From: an uncultured Desulfobacteraceae bacterium
GTDB lineage: Bacteria > Desulfobacterota > DSM-4660 > Desulfatiglandales > HGW-15
Direction of reading: 5' to 3'
Assembly: GCA_964520425.1 (NCBI GenBank)
Contig: CAZFMX010000002.1
Location: 36,809-100,808, forward strand
Length of the DNA stretch: 64,000 nt
The position numbers and the translations under genes were made by a program. Every line of letters begins with the position of its first letter. Positions within the stretch are counted from its first letter, which is position 1. The notes under the pieces are model-generated. The model saw only the letters and a program-made list of their open reading frames with translations. It did no database searches and was not told where the DNA came from. Positions 41,854-51,030 of the stretch are shown here, in pieces.

Positions 41854-43311
41854 CTATTCCTCTACTTTCAAAGGCACAAAGAGGGTAGGACCACCCCGTT
41901 TCTTTACACGAAAAAGGATAACATCCCCCTCCTTATGTTGACGGATCTTCTCCTTATATGCTCCCACATCGTTCACTGGTTCACGGTTGATTTCCAGGAT
42001 AACATCCCCCCTGGCAATACCGGCCTTCTCCGCCGGTGAGTTACTCTCGACCCGAACAACAACCACCCCTCTTTCATCGGAAAGGTCGAGCTGACGTGCC
42101 ACCGAGGGCGTGATTTCATCTACGGTCATGCCCAAATCTCTCTTTTCTTCGGCCGGAGTCTCTCCTTCTTCTGTCTCCTCCTTTAATTCGTCAATCTTTA
42201 CCTCAAAGCGCTTTTTCTTACCTTCCCGAATGACCTCCACTGTCACAATCTTTCCCACAGGCGTGGAAGCCACAATCATGGAAAGATCGCTCATCTCCTG
42301 AACCTCTTTCCCGTCAAAGGAGACGATGACATCTCCTTCCTTTATTCCTGCCTCTTCAGCAGGCCCTCCAGGAGTGACTTCAGAGACCAGGGCGCCTTTA
42401 TCCTCTTTCAAGTCAAAACTCTCTTTGAGTCCTGGTGTAATCCCTTGAATCATAACCCCCAGCCATCCCCTGATCACCTTCCCTTTCTTGAGCTGTGGCA
42501 GTAGATCCTTGGCCATGTTGATTGGAATGGCAAAACCGATACCCATATACCCTCCACTCCGTGAAAAGATCGCAGAGTTGATACCGATTGCCTCCCCCTT
42601 CAGGTTGATCAAGGGACCGCCGCTATTGCCGGGGTTAATCGCAGCATCTGTCTGGATAAAATCTTCATAGTCGGTAATGCCAACAGATGTCCTCCCCTTA
42701 GCGCTAACCACTCCCACTGTCAAAGTGTGATCAAGACCAAAAGGATTACCAATGGCCAGGACCCAGTCACCCACCTCCAGCTCTTCCGAGTCTCCAAGGG
42801 GAAGGGGCTTCAGATCTTCCTCAGCCTCTATGCGTATTAAAGCCAGGTCTGTTTTTGGGTCGCGGCCGACGATTTCCGCGTCATACTCGGTTCCATTAGC
42901 CAGCATCACTTTGATCTCGTCAGTCTGCTCCACCACATGATTATTCGTTAGGATGAAGCCTTCTTTGTCAATGATGAAGCCGGACCCCAGACTGGTTTGC
43001 CGTGACTCCCGAGGGATCCGGTCTCCAAAGAACCGCTCAAACATATCATTGAACGGATCATTTTGACCAAACGGCGATTCAAACATCTGCTCTCGCCTGA
43101 TAATCTTGACCGTACTGATATTGACCACAGAGTCTCTCGCCTCCTTGACCAATCCGGAAAAGGATACGGGAGACGTCGGCGTGGTCCCCGCCGTTTGGGC
43201 AGAGGGTGCCGCGATGTCCGCGAAGAGTGAGGCAAACGCCAGGCCAACAGTAAAAAAAAGTATGGCCGATCCGATAAACAATAATCTCCGTCCTCTCATC
43301 ATGTTGTCCAT
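41854..43311 (-). CDS. htrA: Do/DegQ-family periplasmic serine endoprotease with two PDZ domains
   Basis: N-terminal signal/anchor; catalytic triad in TNNHVV, DLALI, GNSGGP; two PDZ-like repeats. Start at ATG 43311 after a GAGG SD. Confidence 0.95.
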   Translation of the reverse strand: MDNMMRGRRLLFIGSAILFFTVGLAFASLFADIAAPSAQTAGTTPTSPVSFSGLVKEARDSVVNISTVKIIRREQMFESPFGQNDPFNDMFERFFGDRIPRESRQTSLGSGFIIDKEGFILTNNHVVEQTDEIKVMLANGTEYDAEIVGRDPKTDLALIRIEAEEDLKPLPLGDSEELEVGDWVLAIGNPFGLDHTLTVGVVSAKGRTSVGITDYEDFIQTDAAINPGNSGGPLINLKGEAIGINSAIFSRSGGYMGIGFAIPINMAKDLLPQLKKGKVIRGWLGVMIQGITPGLKESFDLKEDKGALVSEVTPGGPAEEAGIKEGDVIVSFDGKEVQEMSDLSMIVASTPVGKIVTVEVIREGKKKRFEVKIDELKEETEEGETPAEEKRDLGMTVDEITPSVARQLDLSDERGVVVVRVESNSPAEKAGIARGDVILEINREPVNDVGAYKEKIRQHKEGDVILFRVKKRGGPTLFVPLKVEE

Positions 43312-43387
43312 CCTATCCTCATTATTAAACAATATTTGGTGCGACCAAGGCGAACACTGATCCTGAGTATTGTGACGCGCTAAAGGT

Positions 43388-43777
43388 CTATTTCTTGGCC
43401 TTCACATAACGCCATCTGAGATCAGTAAGGATTGACTCAATAAATTTGTCTTCCTCTTCGGTCAAATTTCCTTTGGTCTTTTCTTTCAACATACCGATGG
43501 TATCGATAGAGTGTTTGGCTAGGGCAAGGTCCTCTTTCTTTTCACCAGTCTGGGGATCAGCAATCTCTCCGAGATGCAGCAGGGCAGATGAGCTGAGGCT
43601 GAAAACCAGGGAACTTAGACTCACCTCCGGGAGAGGAATCCTCTGTGGTTCTTCTTCTTTTTTCTCTTCCTTCTTTTCCTCCCCTTTGATCTCTTCTTGC
43701 CCTTCTTCTTTTAACTCACCCTTCTCATTCAATGACCGTTTATCCTTTATCACAAATCCTTTCTCTTCTTCACCCAT
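43388..43777 (-). CDS. DUF1844-family protein
   Basis: ALLHLGEIADP, AKHSIDTIGMLKEKTKGNL..E pattern recognised from family knowledge. Confidence 0.8.
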   Translation of the reverse strand: MGEEEKGFVIKDKRSLNEKGELKEEGQEEIKGEEKKEEKKEEEPQRIPLPEVSLSSLVFSLSSSALLHLGEIADPQTGEKKEDLALAKHSIDTIGMLKEKTKGNLTEEEDKFIESILTDLRWRYVKAKK

Positions 43778-43810
43778 TGTTCTGGCCTCCCTGGAAACGG
43801 CTGTCTCTCA

Positions 43811-45391
43811 TTATAGCTCTATTCTTCGGGCAGAAAAAACACCTTCCAAACCACAAATGGCTTCAAGGACTTCCTCATTGACGGAAATACTTGTGGTCAG
43901 CAATACAACATTCTGCTTCTTTGCCTTTTCCTGTCCCACATGCATACGGCCTATGTTTACATTGTGTTTTCCCAAAACCGTACTGATCAGACCGATGACC
44001 CCCGGCACATCTTCATTCTCTATCATCAGGATGTGCCCTTCAGGAATGGCTTCAAGATAAAAATCATTGAGGCGTAAAATCCTGGGCAAGGTCTTGCCAA
44101 AGATGGTGCCTGAGACGATGTTCAATCCTTCCATGGATTTTACCCTAAGCTTGATGAGGCTGGCAAAATCCTCCGATGTCTTAGTTTTCGACTCCACCAC
44201 CTTAATTCCCCTGTCAGAGGCAACAAACGAGGCATTCACATAATTCACATCATCTTTAAGGATGGGAGTGAGAAGCCCCTTTAGTGTGGCCGTGGTCAAA
44301 GGGGTTACATCATATTCTGCTATCTTTCCGGCATAATTGATCTCGACCTCTAAAATCCCGCTGTCCACGAGTTGGGCCTGCAAAGAGCCCATTTTCTCGG
44401 CTAGGGATGCATAGGGTCTTAGGACATTCACAAGCTCCGGACCAATGTTCGGCACATTCACCGCATTCTTCACTGTTCCGTGCAACAGATATGCGACGAT
44501 TTGTTCAGCTGCATCTTTAGCCACATTATCTTGCGCCTCCCTGGTTGATGCACCGAGATGGGGTGTACAGATGAAGTTGGGTAGATCCATCAATTTCATA
44601 TGTCCGGGCGGTTCAGATGCAAAAACATCAAGTGCAGCACCCCCTAAATGACCCGATTTTAAGGCTTCATAGAGATCATCCTCATTGACAATTCCACCCC
44701 GGGCACAGTTGAGCAGCATAGCCCCTTTCTTCATATCAGCCAGGGTTTTTTTGTTGATTAGATTATTGGTTTCATCAGTCCTGGGAGTATGGATTGAGAC
44801 GTAATCGGCTCTCTTCAACAACTCTTCAAAAGAAACAGGCTCCACATCCAGTTCATCCAGAGTCTCCGGCTTAAGGTAGGGGTCGTAGGCAATAACTTTC
44901 ATCTTCATTCCCCTTGCCCTATCTGCCACAATTCTTCCGATCTTGCCGACACCAATCAGCCCCAGTGTCTTATTATAGATCTCTTGGCCTTGCAGTTTTT
45001 TCTTTTCCCATTTCCCCTGCTTAAGAGAAATCGTCCCCTCCGGGATATTCCGGGAAAGGGCCATCATCATGGCCACGGTATGTTCTGCTGTGGTGACGGT
45101 GTTGCCTTCCGGCGTGTTCATCACCACAATCCCCCTCCGGCTGGCCGCGGAGATATCTACATTGTCCAGACCGATACCAGCGCGCCCGATCACCTTGAGA
45201 TTGTCGGCAGCCGATATGATCTCGTCAGTCACTTTGGTGGCGCTCCGGATCACAAGCCCGTGGTATTGTCCGATAATGGTCTTCAGATCTTCGGGGCTAA
45301 GGCCCGTATTGATGTCCACCTCGATTTCGGGTGTCTCACGAAAGATCTCGATACCCAAATCCGAAAGATTATCACTCACAAGGACTCTCAT
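43811..45391 (-). CDS. serA: D-3-phosphoglycerate dehydrogenase (long form with ACT domain)
   Basis: GRAGIGLDNVD, GVGKIG, NCARGG, TPHLGAST, C-terminal ACT (NEDVPGVIG). Confidence 0.97.
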   Translation of the reverse strand: MRVLVSDNLSDLGIEIFRETPEIEVDINTGLSPEDLKTIIGQYHGLVIRSATKVTDEIISAADNLKVIGRAGIGLDNVDISAASRRGIVVMNTPEGNTVTTAEHTVAMMMALSRNIPEGTISLKQGKWEKKKLQGQEIYNKTLGLIGVGKIGRIVADRARGMKMKVIAYDPYLKPETLDELDVEPVSFEELLKRADYVSIHTPRTDETNNLINKKTLADMKKGAMLLNCARGGIVNEDDLYEALKSGHLGGAALDVFASEPPGHMKLMDLPNFICTPHLGASTREAQDNVAKDAAEQIVAYLLHGTVKNAVNVPNIGPELVNVLRPYASLAEKMGSLQAQLVDSGILEVEINYAGKIAEYDVTPLTTATLKGLLTPILKDDVNYVNASFVASDRGIKVVESKTKTSEDFASLIKLRVKSMEGLNIVSGTIFGKTLPRILRLNDFYLEAIPEGHILMIENEDVPGVIGLISTVLGKHNVNIGRMHVGQEKAKKQNVVLLTTSISVNEEVLEAICGLEGVFSARRIEL

Positions 45392-45425
45392 ATGGGGTCT
45401 CTCCCAAAAAAAGAGGGCAGCTGTT

Positions 45426-46682
45426 TTAAAATCTGTACTGAACGCTGACGCCCAGCAGCATAACGTCTTTTTCGAGCGTCATCCCAGAGCTCGTTGTTTC
45501 ATCGCCATAGAAGATTTTCGCCAAACCCACATTTGATGTCCAGGAGGAATTGAATTCATAGGCTACGCCTGCAGCAATGGTGTGCGCGTCCAACTCCGGA
45601 TACTCAGAGAGGAGGCCGTCCGGATCTAACCCGGTTTGGGTCAACAAGTACCCGACACTCCCTTTCAGCTCAGGGCTAAAGGTATATTCCAGGGCGATAC
45701 CCAGATCATACCCGTTATCCACGTGGCTGAACCTTGGATCTGACCAATCCGCGTTATCGTTCAGATAGTAAGTCAGGTCAGCTTCAAGCCTGATATTCGG
45801 CGAAACCGTGTAGGCGACGCCAAGACCGAATATGGCGGGAAGGTCTCTATTCTCGACGAAACCGGTCGGAGGAAGAATACCACCTGGATCGGGTGTAAGG
45901 GGATCCACATCATCTTTATTAATCGTGTACTCCAAATCAAGGCCTGTCTTGCTTTCATACCTCACACCAATATTCCACTCTTCCGCAGGTGTGAAATTTA
46001 GACCCAGAATAAAGCCTATTCCACTGTCGTCTTGCTCATAGTCCACAGCAAAAGTTGAATCAGGATACAAATCAGGATATGGGCCGGACAACGTGACAAA
46101 TCCATTGCCATCTTTTTCCGCATTTATATATCGGGCGGCCAGGGACACGGAACACATATCACTAAAGGCGTAGGCTCCTCCAACGGTATAACCATAATAG
46201 ACGCTTTTGCCTTCTAGATATTGATCGGAGATCGTATCGTAGGCACCCATAAAATTAGAGATCAACCCCATACCGATCCCGGTTGTCGTTGCGTTCCCCT
46301 GCTCATATTCTATGCTCCCCCCTCCGGCAGGGATGGAAAAGGCTCCAAAGGCCGACCATCGATCCTTTTTATAAAGGGCAAACAGGGCGGGAACAATGTC
46401 CTTTTTATCAGTCTCGAATTCCATGCCACTGAACCGATTCGAGGCTTCTTTGATGGCGGTATATTGAAGATCGAGTTTCAGGTACATCCCATCCTCCATC
46501 TTCATCACACCCGCGGGGTTATAGATCACGGTATCGGCTGAGTCGGTTGCGGCATTACGATTGAGAGACCGAATGTAGTCCGCGCTGTAATTGGTCTTGT
46601 TGTCTATACCGCCGGCCAGAAGAGGCGAGCTCATACAAAACACAGCACATACCACAAACACAAAGACGATAGATTTTTTCAT
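45426..46682 (-). CDS. FadL/OmpP1-family outer-membrane transporter (hydrophobic substrates)
   Basis: Signal peptide, plug motif NRNAATDSAD..YNPAG, amphipathic beta-strands, terminal Phe (VQYRF); AAGGAGG SD. Confidence 0.85.
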   Translation of the reverse strand: MKKSIVFVFVVCAVFCMSSPLLAGGIDNKTNYSADYIRSLNRNAATDSADTVIYNPAGVMKMEDGMYLKLDLQYTAIKEASNRFSGMEFETDKKDIVPALFALYKKDRWSAFGAFSIPAGGGSIEYEQGNATTTGIGMGLISNFMGAYDTISDQYLEGKSVYYGYTVGGAYAFSDMCSVSLAARYINAEKDGNGFVTLSGPYPDLYPDSTFAVDYEQDDSGIGFILGLNFTPAEEWNIGVRYESKTGLDLEYTINKDDVDPLTPDPGGILPPTGFVENRDLPAIFGLGVAYTVSPNIRLEADLTYYLNDNADWSDPRFSHVDNGYDLGIALEYTFSPELKGSVGYLLTQTGLDPDGLLSEYPELDAHTIAAGVAYEFNSSWTSNVGLAKIFYGDETTSSGMTLEKDVMLLGVSVQYRF

Positions 46683-46889
46683 CAGATACCCTCCTTAGAG
46701 TGTTCCATTATTACTGAGAATCACTTTCCTCCTGCTGAAAAGGGACCATCAAGCAAACTTCACCAAAAAGGGACTCCAGTTTCAGAGCGCAGAAAAACAC
46801 CATTTTGCAGCCAAGTCGAAAAGTTACGCCCTCTTGGTCGTTCAGGATCGATATGGCGGCAGATCGGCCCTTCCCTACCCCAAGAATAA

Positions 46890-47120
46890 TCAGAAATGAT
46901 CCATTTTATCTCCCACCGTGGTCCCACAAAATTGGCATCGGTATTCAAACTTCTCCCCCTCTGGCAAAACCAGAAGCAGAGACTTCTTGACCTGGACGGG
47001 CCGACCGCATTGGGGACAATAGAGTTCGGTGGCCTCAAATTGGTCAAAATCCGCCTGCCGCGGTGTGGACGCCCGGGACCCGGAGGATAGGAAATCGTAT
47101 GGGCTTCTCTTCACGGACAA
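46890..47120 (-). CDS. Small zinc-ribbon protein of unknown function
   Basis: CPQC...CQFC pairs separated by a beta-hairpin-like segment (FEATELYCPQCGRPVQVKKSLLLVLPEGEKFEYRCQFC); no overlap with other genes. Confidence 0.7.
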   Translation of the reverse strand: MSVKRSPYDFLSSGSRASTPRQADFDQFEATELYCPQCGRPVQVKKSLLLVLPEGEKFEYRCQFCGTTVGDKMDHF

Positions 47121-47356
47121 AACCTCTGGACTTCGAGCATTGAGTAGGTTAAAAATTTAGGGAAATCACCCTCTATCGGCCTGTTCACACCTCTCGCAAG
47201 ACCCGGATCTCTCTTCAGTGGGATTCTCCTGGACGGGCAAATTGCACCTTCGAAAGACCTTGAGGTTCACGATGTTGAGGAGATTCCCAAGGCTCGATCA
47301 ATATAATACACCTTGCCAGTAAAGGCAAGAATTTCCAGCGAAACTGAGGAGGGGGC

Positions 47357-47764
47357 ATGAAAGTAAAACGCATTGATCACATCGGCATCGCCGTAAAGGG
47401 GATCGAAGAGGCAAGCAAGTTCTATACCGATATATTGGGGCTTGAAATCGAAGACATTGAACACGTGTCAGATCAGAGAGTCAACGTGGCTTTCGTGCCT
47501 GTTGCAGACAGCGAGGTAGAATTGCTGGAATCCACTGATCCTGATGGACCGATCGCGAAATACTTGGGTTCTCGCGGAGAAGGTGTTCAGCATATCGCCT
47601 TCCGCGTGGAAGACATAGAAGAAGCACTCAGAGAGTTGAAAGAAAAAGGGGTACGGTTGATTGATCAGGCACCGAGAAAAGGGGCAGGAGGGGCAAGAAT
47701 TGCCTTTATTCATCCCAAAGAAACCAATGGGGTTTTAGTGGAACTCTGTGAGAGAGAAAATTGA
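47357..47764 (+). CDS. mce: Methylmalonyl-CoA epimerase
   Basis: [40 protein letters not shown]; GAGGAGG SD. Confidence 0.93.
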   Translation: MKVKRIDHIGIAVKGIEEASKFYTDILGLEIEDIEHVSDQRVNVAFVPVADSEVELLESTDPDGPIAKYLGSRGEGVQHIAFRVEDIEEALRELKEKGVRLIDQAPRKGAGGARIAFIHPKETNGVLVELCEREN

Positions 47765-47845
47765 CGGTTCGCACGAAATCATCTAACTGATTATTAATAG
47801 GAATGTTTTTAATCGACATAGGAATGACCACTGACTGTATCAGGC

Positions 47846-47953
47846 TGTCGAAAAATGCTAAGAGCCACTATTTCATGCCTTTTACACACCTGTAAGTTGC
47901 TGGATTTAGACGGCAGGGAAACAACTGAAATGGGAGTTTTTACTTTTTCGACA
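47846..47953. mobile_element. Probable MITE (108 bp)
   Basis: Perfect 10-bp terminal inverted repeats TGTCGAAAAA/TTTTTCGACA around a non-coding core in the mce-fdhD spacer. Confidence 0.45.
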
Positions 47954-48100
47954 CTTATGAAAAAGCTATCTCCTTTAGGACCCTGTAGTAAAATAGGACC
48001 AAAAGGAAAATATTAATTTGAAGAAGGAGCTAACGTTTTCATATGATAAGTCTTTATTGAATCTTTGACACACTCTTTCGTACGTTAACATATTTTCCAG

Positions 48101-48916
48101 ATGACGCCCAAAGACATGTATTTATCCCTTCGGTCCTTCACATACACTGACGACCGGATCCTACCGGTTTCGAGTCATCTTATTCTGGAGACTCCTATCG
48201 AGATTATCGTCAATGATAAGACAAGCACTCTGATTATGTTCACCCCCGGAATGGCCAGAGAACTTGTCACCGGTTTTGTCTATACGGAAGGACTCATAAA
48301 TAAAATCTCCGACATAGAAGAATGCCTCATTACTCCTCTTGGAAAGGAGGATGGAGAAGAGATTATTCAAGCAAGGATCAAAATCCCCTCCATAGGATCA
48401 CAACTGCCTAAAAAAGAGGAGATGAGGACATCCTATTCCAGTTGTGGCATTTGTGGAAAAGAGAATTATGATGACCTGGAAAGAGGACTTGCAAGGGTAA
48501 AGAGCAAAAAGAAGTTCTCCATGAGTGTACTCAAGCACTTACCGCAAACCCTGGAACAGTGTCAACCTCTTTATAGGAAAACGGGAGGCGCCCATGCTGC
48601 TCTCCTCTTGGATTCCGACGGGAATCCACTGGTTTGTGCTGAAGATATGGGACGTCACAATGCCGTTGACAAGGTCATCGGAGCCGCCCTTATCAAGGAG
48701 ATCCCATTTCACGACAAGATTTTACTCTCCAGTGGTAGGGCCAGTCTTGAGATGATTCTCAAGACTGTACGCTCCAAGATACCCCTCTTTGTCGTCATGT
48801 CCCGACCGACATCGAGGGCCGTCCGCGCAGCCAAACTATATAACGTCACCCTCATAGATATGGCGAAAGACTCTAATCGCATATACAGTCATGTCCGTCG
48901 CATCAAAGGATTCTGA
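48101..48916 (+). CDS. fdhD: Formate dehydrogenase accessory sulfurtransferase FdhD
   Basis: ETPIEI, SSCGICG, TGGAHAA, EDMGRHNAVDKVIG, SSGRAS. Confidence 0.95.
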   Translation: MTPKDMYLSLRSFTYTDDRILPVSSHLILETPIEIIVNDKTSTLIMFTPGMARELVTGFVYTEGLINKISDIEECLITPLGKEDGEEIIQARIKIPSIGSQLPKKEEMRTSYSSCGICGKENYDDLERGLARVKSKKKFSMSVLKHLPQTLEQCQPLYRKTGGAHAALLLDSDGNPLVCAEDMGRHNAVDKVIGAALIKEIPFHDKILLSSGRASLEMILKTVRSKIPLFVVMSRPTSRAVRAAKLYNVTLIDMAKDSNRIYSHVRRIKGF

Positions 48917-49523
48917 TCCAATCATCTCATGTCCGAAAGACATCACCGGGATCATCCTCGCCGGTGGAAAGAGTCTCCGCTATGGAAGGAACAAGGCCCT
49001 GGTGGAAGTAGGCGGCATGCGGTTGATTGAGAGGGTCATCCGTGTGATGGAGCCCCTATTTGAAAACCTGATTATTATCACCAATACTCCCCGTGAATAC
49101 GACTATCTCCAGCTTCCGATGCATGAGGATGTCATCAAGGGGCTTGGCCCCCTTGGTGGCGTCTATACCGGATTAGAAACCATGTCCGGCAAATCAGGGT
49201 TTTTTGTAGCATGTGATATGCCCTTTCTTCAGAGAGATCTTATCCTTCATATGGTTGAAATAATGGATGACTTTGATGCCGTTGTTCCAAAGGTAGACTG
49301 GAAGATAGAACCGCTCCATGCTATCTATACCAGAAACTGCCTCCCTGCCGTAAAGAAACTGATTGACAGATGGGGGCATCAGATCATCAAATTCTTTGAA
49401 AACATTAGAGTACGGTATGTGAATGAGCAAGAAATTCGATCCTTTGATTCAAGGTTGAAATCTTTTCTTAATGTAAACAGTCCTAGAGAACTATCAGATA
49501 TCAGCAGACTTGAGGATAAGTAA
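48891..49523 (+). CDS. mobA: Molybdenum cofactor guanylyltransferase (start uncertain)
   Basis: ILAGGKSLRYGRNKA, GPLGG, VACDMPF, EPLHAIY, NVNSP. Confidence 0.93.
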   Translation: MSVASKDSDPIISCPKDITGIILAGGKSLRYGRNKALVEVGGMRLIERVIRVMEPLFENLIIITNTPREYDYLQLPMHEDVIKGLGPLGGVYTGLETMSGKSGFFVACDMPFLQRDLILHMVEIMDDFDAVVPKVDWKIEPLHAIYTRNCLPAVKKLIDRWGHQIIKFFENIRVRYVNEQEIRSFDSRLKSFLNVNSPRELSDISRLEDK

Positions 49524-49625
49524 CCCACTGGTCTTTCCATGACAGAATCGATCAGAATTGGGAGAAAAATGAAGGCGCATGAGTGAATATTCTTCAAAAA
49601 AGATGCTTAGGGGGTTTGACGAAAA

Positions 49626-50663
49626 ATGTTTGAACTCATCATTGCTGTAAGCTGTGCCCTCTTGATTTCAGCAGGGTGCTCTCTTTTTGAGGCGGTCCTT
49701 TATTCAACGCCCATGAGGCGCGTTGAAGCGATGGTCCATGAAAAAAAGACGAGCGGAAAAATCTTTAAAGAATTGCGACAAAATGTGGAGAGGCCGATTA
49801 CCGCCATATTATCCCTGAATACCATTGCCAATACAGCCGGTGCTGCTGTCGCCGGATCCGCCGCTACCGCCGTATTTGGGCATCAATGGCTGGGGTACTT
49901 CTCTGCCTTTTTCACCCTGATGATTTTGATCTTCTCGGAAGTCATCCCCAAGACCGCAGGGGTCATCTATGCCAGGCCTCTAGTCTCCCTGGTCGCATAC
50001 CCATTAAAAATTTTAGTTGGCTTGATGACGCCTTTCATATGGCTTTGCAGTCATATCACGGGACTCATTGCCCGAGGAAAAGCTGATGAGTCTGTATCGC
50101 CCAATGAACTTAGAATCATGGCCCAAATTAGCCTCCGGACGGGAGGAATAGAGCACTACCAGAAGAGAGTGATAGAAAATATCTTGTCCTTGGAGGAAAA
50201 AACGGTCGAGAATGTGATGACACCTAGGACCGTTATCTTTTCTCTTAGTGAGCATCTCCCTGTAGAAGTCGCGGCCAAAACGTCAAAAAAATGGGAACAT
50301 AGCCGCTTTCCGGTTTATGACAAGGATACAGAAGATGTGGTGGGCATCGTTCTAACAAAGGAACTGTTCACAGCCTTCTCTCAAGGGGAAAAAGATAGGC
50401 CATTGACCTCGCTTATGAGACCGGCGCGTTTTGTGGTCGAATCGGCCAAACTGAACGACGTTTTTGCGAAGTTTATGGATACCAGGCAGAAACTCTTCGT
50501 GGTCATCGATGAATATGGGGGTCTTTCAGGTCTGATCTCCCTGGAGGACATACTGGAAGAAATACTTGGGAGAGAAATCATTGATGAGTCAGACGAGGTC
50601 ATTGATAAGCGTGAATTGGCGAGACGCCGCCGAAGCACTCTTATTTCCAGATCTGTAACATAG
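49626..50663 (+). CDS. CNNM/DUF21-CBS membrane protein (HlyC/CorC-like)
   Basis: SLFEAVL, ILSLNTIANT, IFSEVIPK, VMTPR, HSRFPV, VIDEYGG..G.ISLEDILEEILG.EI.DE. Confidence 0.9.
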   Translation: MFELIIAVSCALLISAGCSLFEAVLYSTPMRRVEAMVHEKKTSGKIFKELRQNVERPITAILSLNTIANTAGAAVAGSAATAVFGHQWLGYFSAFFTLMILIFSEVIPKTAGVIYARPLVSLVAYPLKILVGLMTPFIWLCSHITGLIARGKADESVSPNELRIMAQISLRTGGIEHYQKRVIENILSLEEKTVENVMTPRTVIFSLSEHLPVEVAAKTSKKWEHSRFPVYDKDTEDVVGIVLTKELFTAFSQGEKDRPLTSLMRPARFVVESAKLNDVFAKFMDTRQKLFVVIDEYGGLSGLISLEDILEEILGREIIDESDEVIDKRELARRRRSTLISRSVT

Positions 50664-50705
50664 TTGCCAAGCCTTTTCTGTCCAGGGTCCTTTTTAGAAA
50701 GGAAT

Positions 50706-50898
50706 AAAGGTTATGGTGTCTTTTCTCCGATTCCGAGTCTCACGGCCTGGTTATTTCAGGACGTTAGAGCCGGGGTGAACCCTCCCCCCTCCGCTGTTCC
50801 CCTCGCTTTCACTCGGGGCCAGGGGGTCCCCCATTCTCTAACATCCTGAAATAACGAAGGCCTCCCAACAGTCACTACGAAAAGACACCATGACCTTT
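50706..50898. repeat. Nested-palindrome element, family AB, copy A (193 bp)
   Basis: Outer arms 50706-50725/50879-50898 and inner arms 50750-50769/50836-50855 (19 of 20 Watson-Crick pairs each); loops homologous to 62659-62847. Confidence 0.8.
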
Positions 50899-51030
50899 GC
50901 CGGATTTAAAAAGATCTTGTAGCTAGCGTGCTCTTTAAACGGAAGAACTGATGTTACAGGATTTGAGGCCTGCTGATTGAGATTTCATGGCGTAAGTCTC
51001 TCCTGCAGAGTCTTGAAAGCATACAGAGGA

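Noticed and set aside
43446-44060. 204-aa plus ORF
   Set aside because: Antisense to DUF1844 and serA; Ser-rich shadow.
46870-46895. TGA read-through (selenocysteine) of the zinc-ribbon ORF
   Set aside because: A TAG follows four codons later, and no Cys-equivalent context or SECIS-like hairpin is evident.
50706-50898. Family AB element as an integron attC site or Moco riboswitch
   Set aside because: GTTAGAG and CTCTAAC are in the reverse order to attC and absent from copy B, with no integrase nearby. TCCGAG and GCCTCCC resemble Moco RNA words, but the GNRA P4 and GGAAAGG are missing and it is not upstream of Mo genes.
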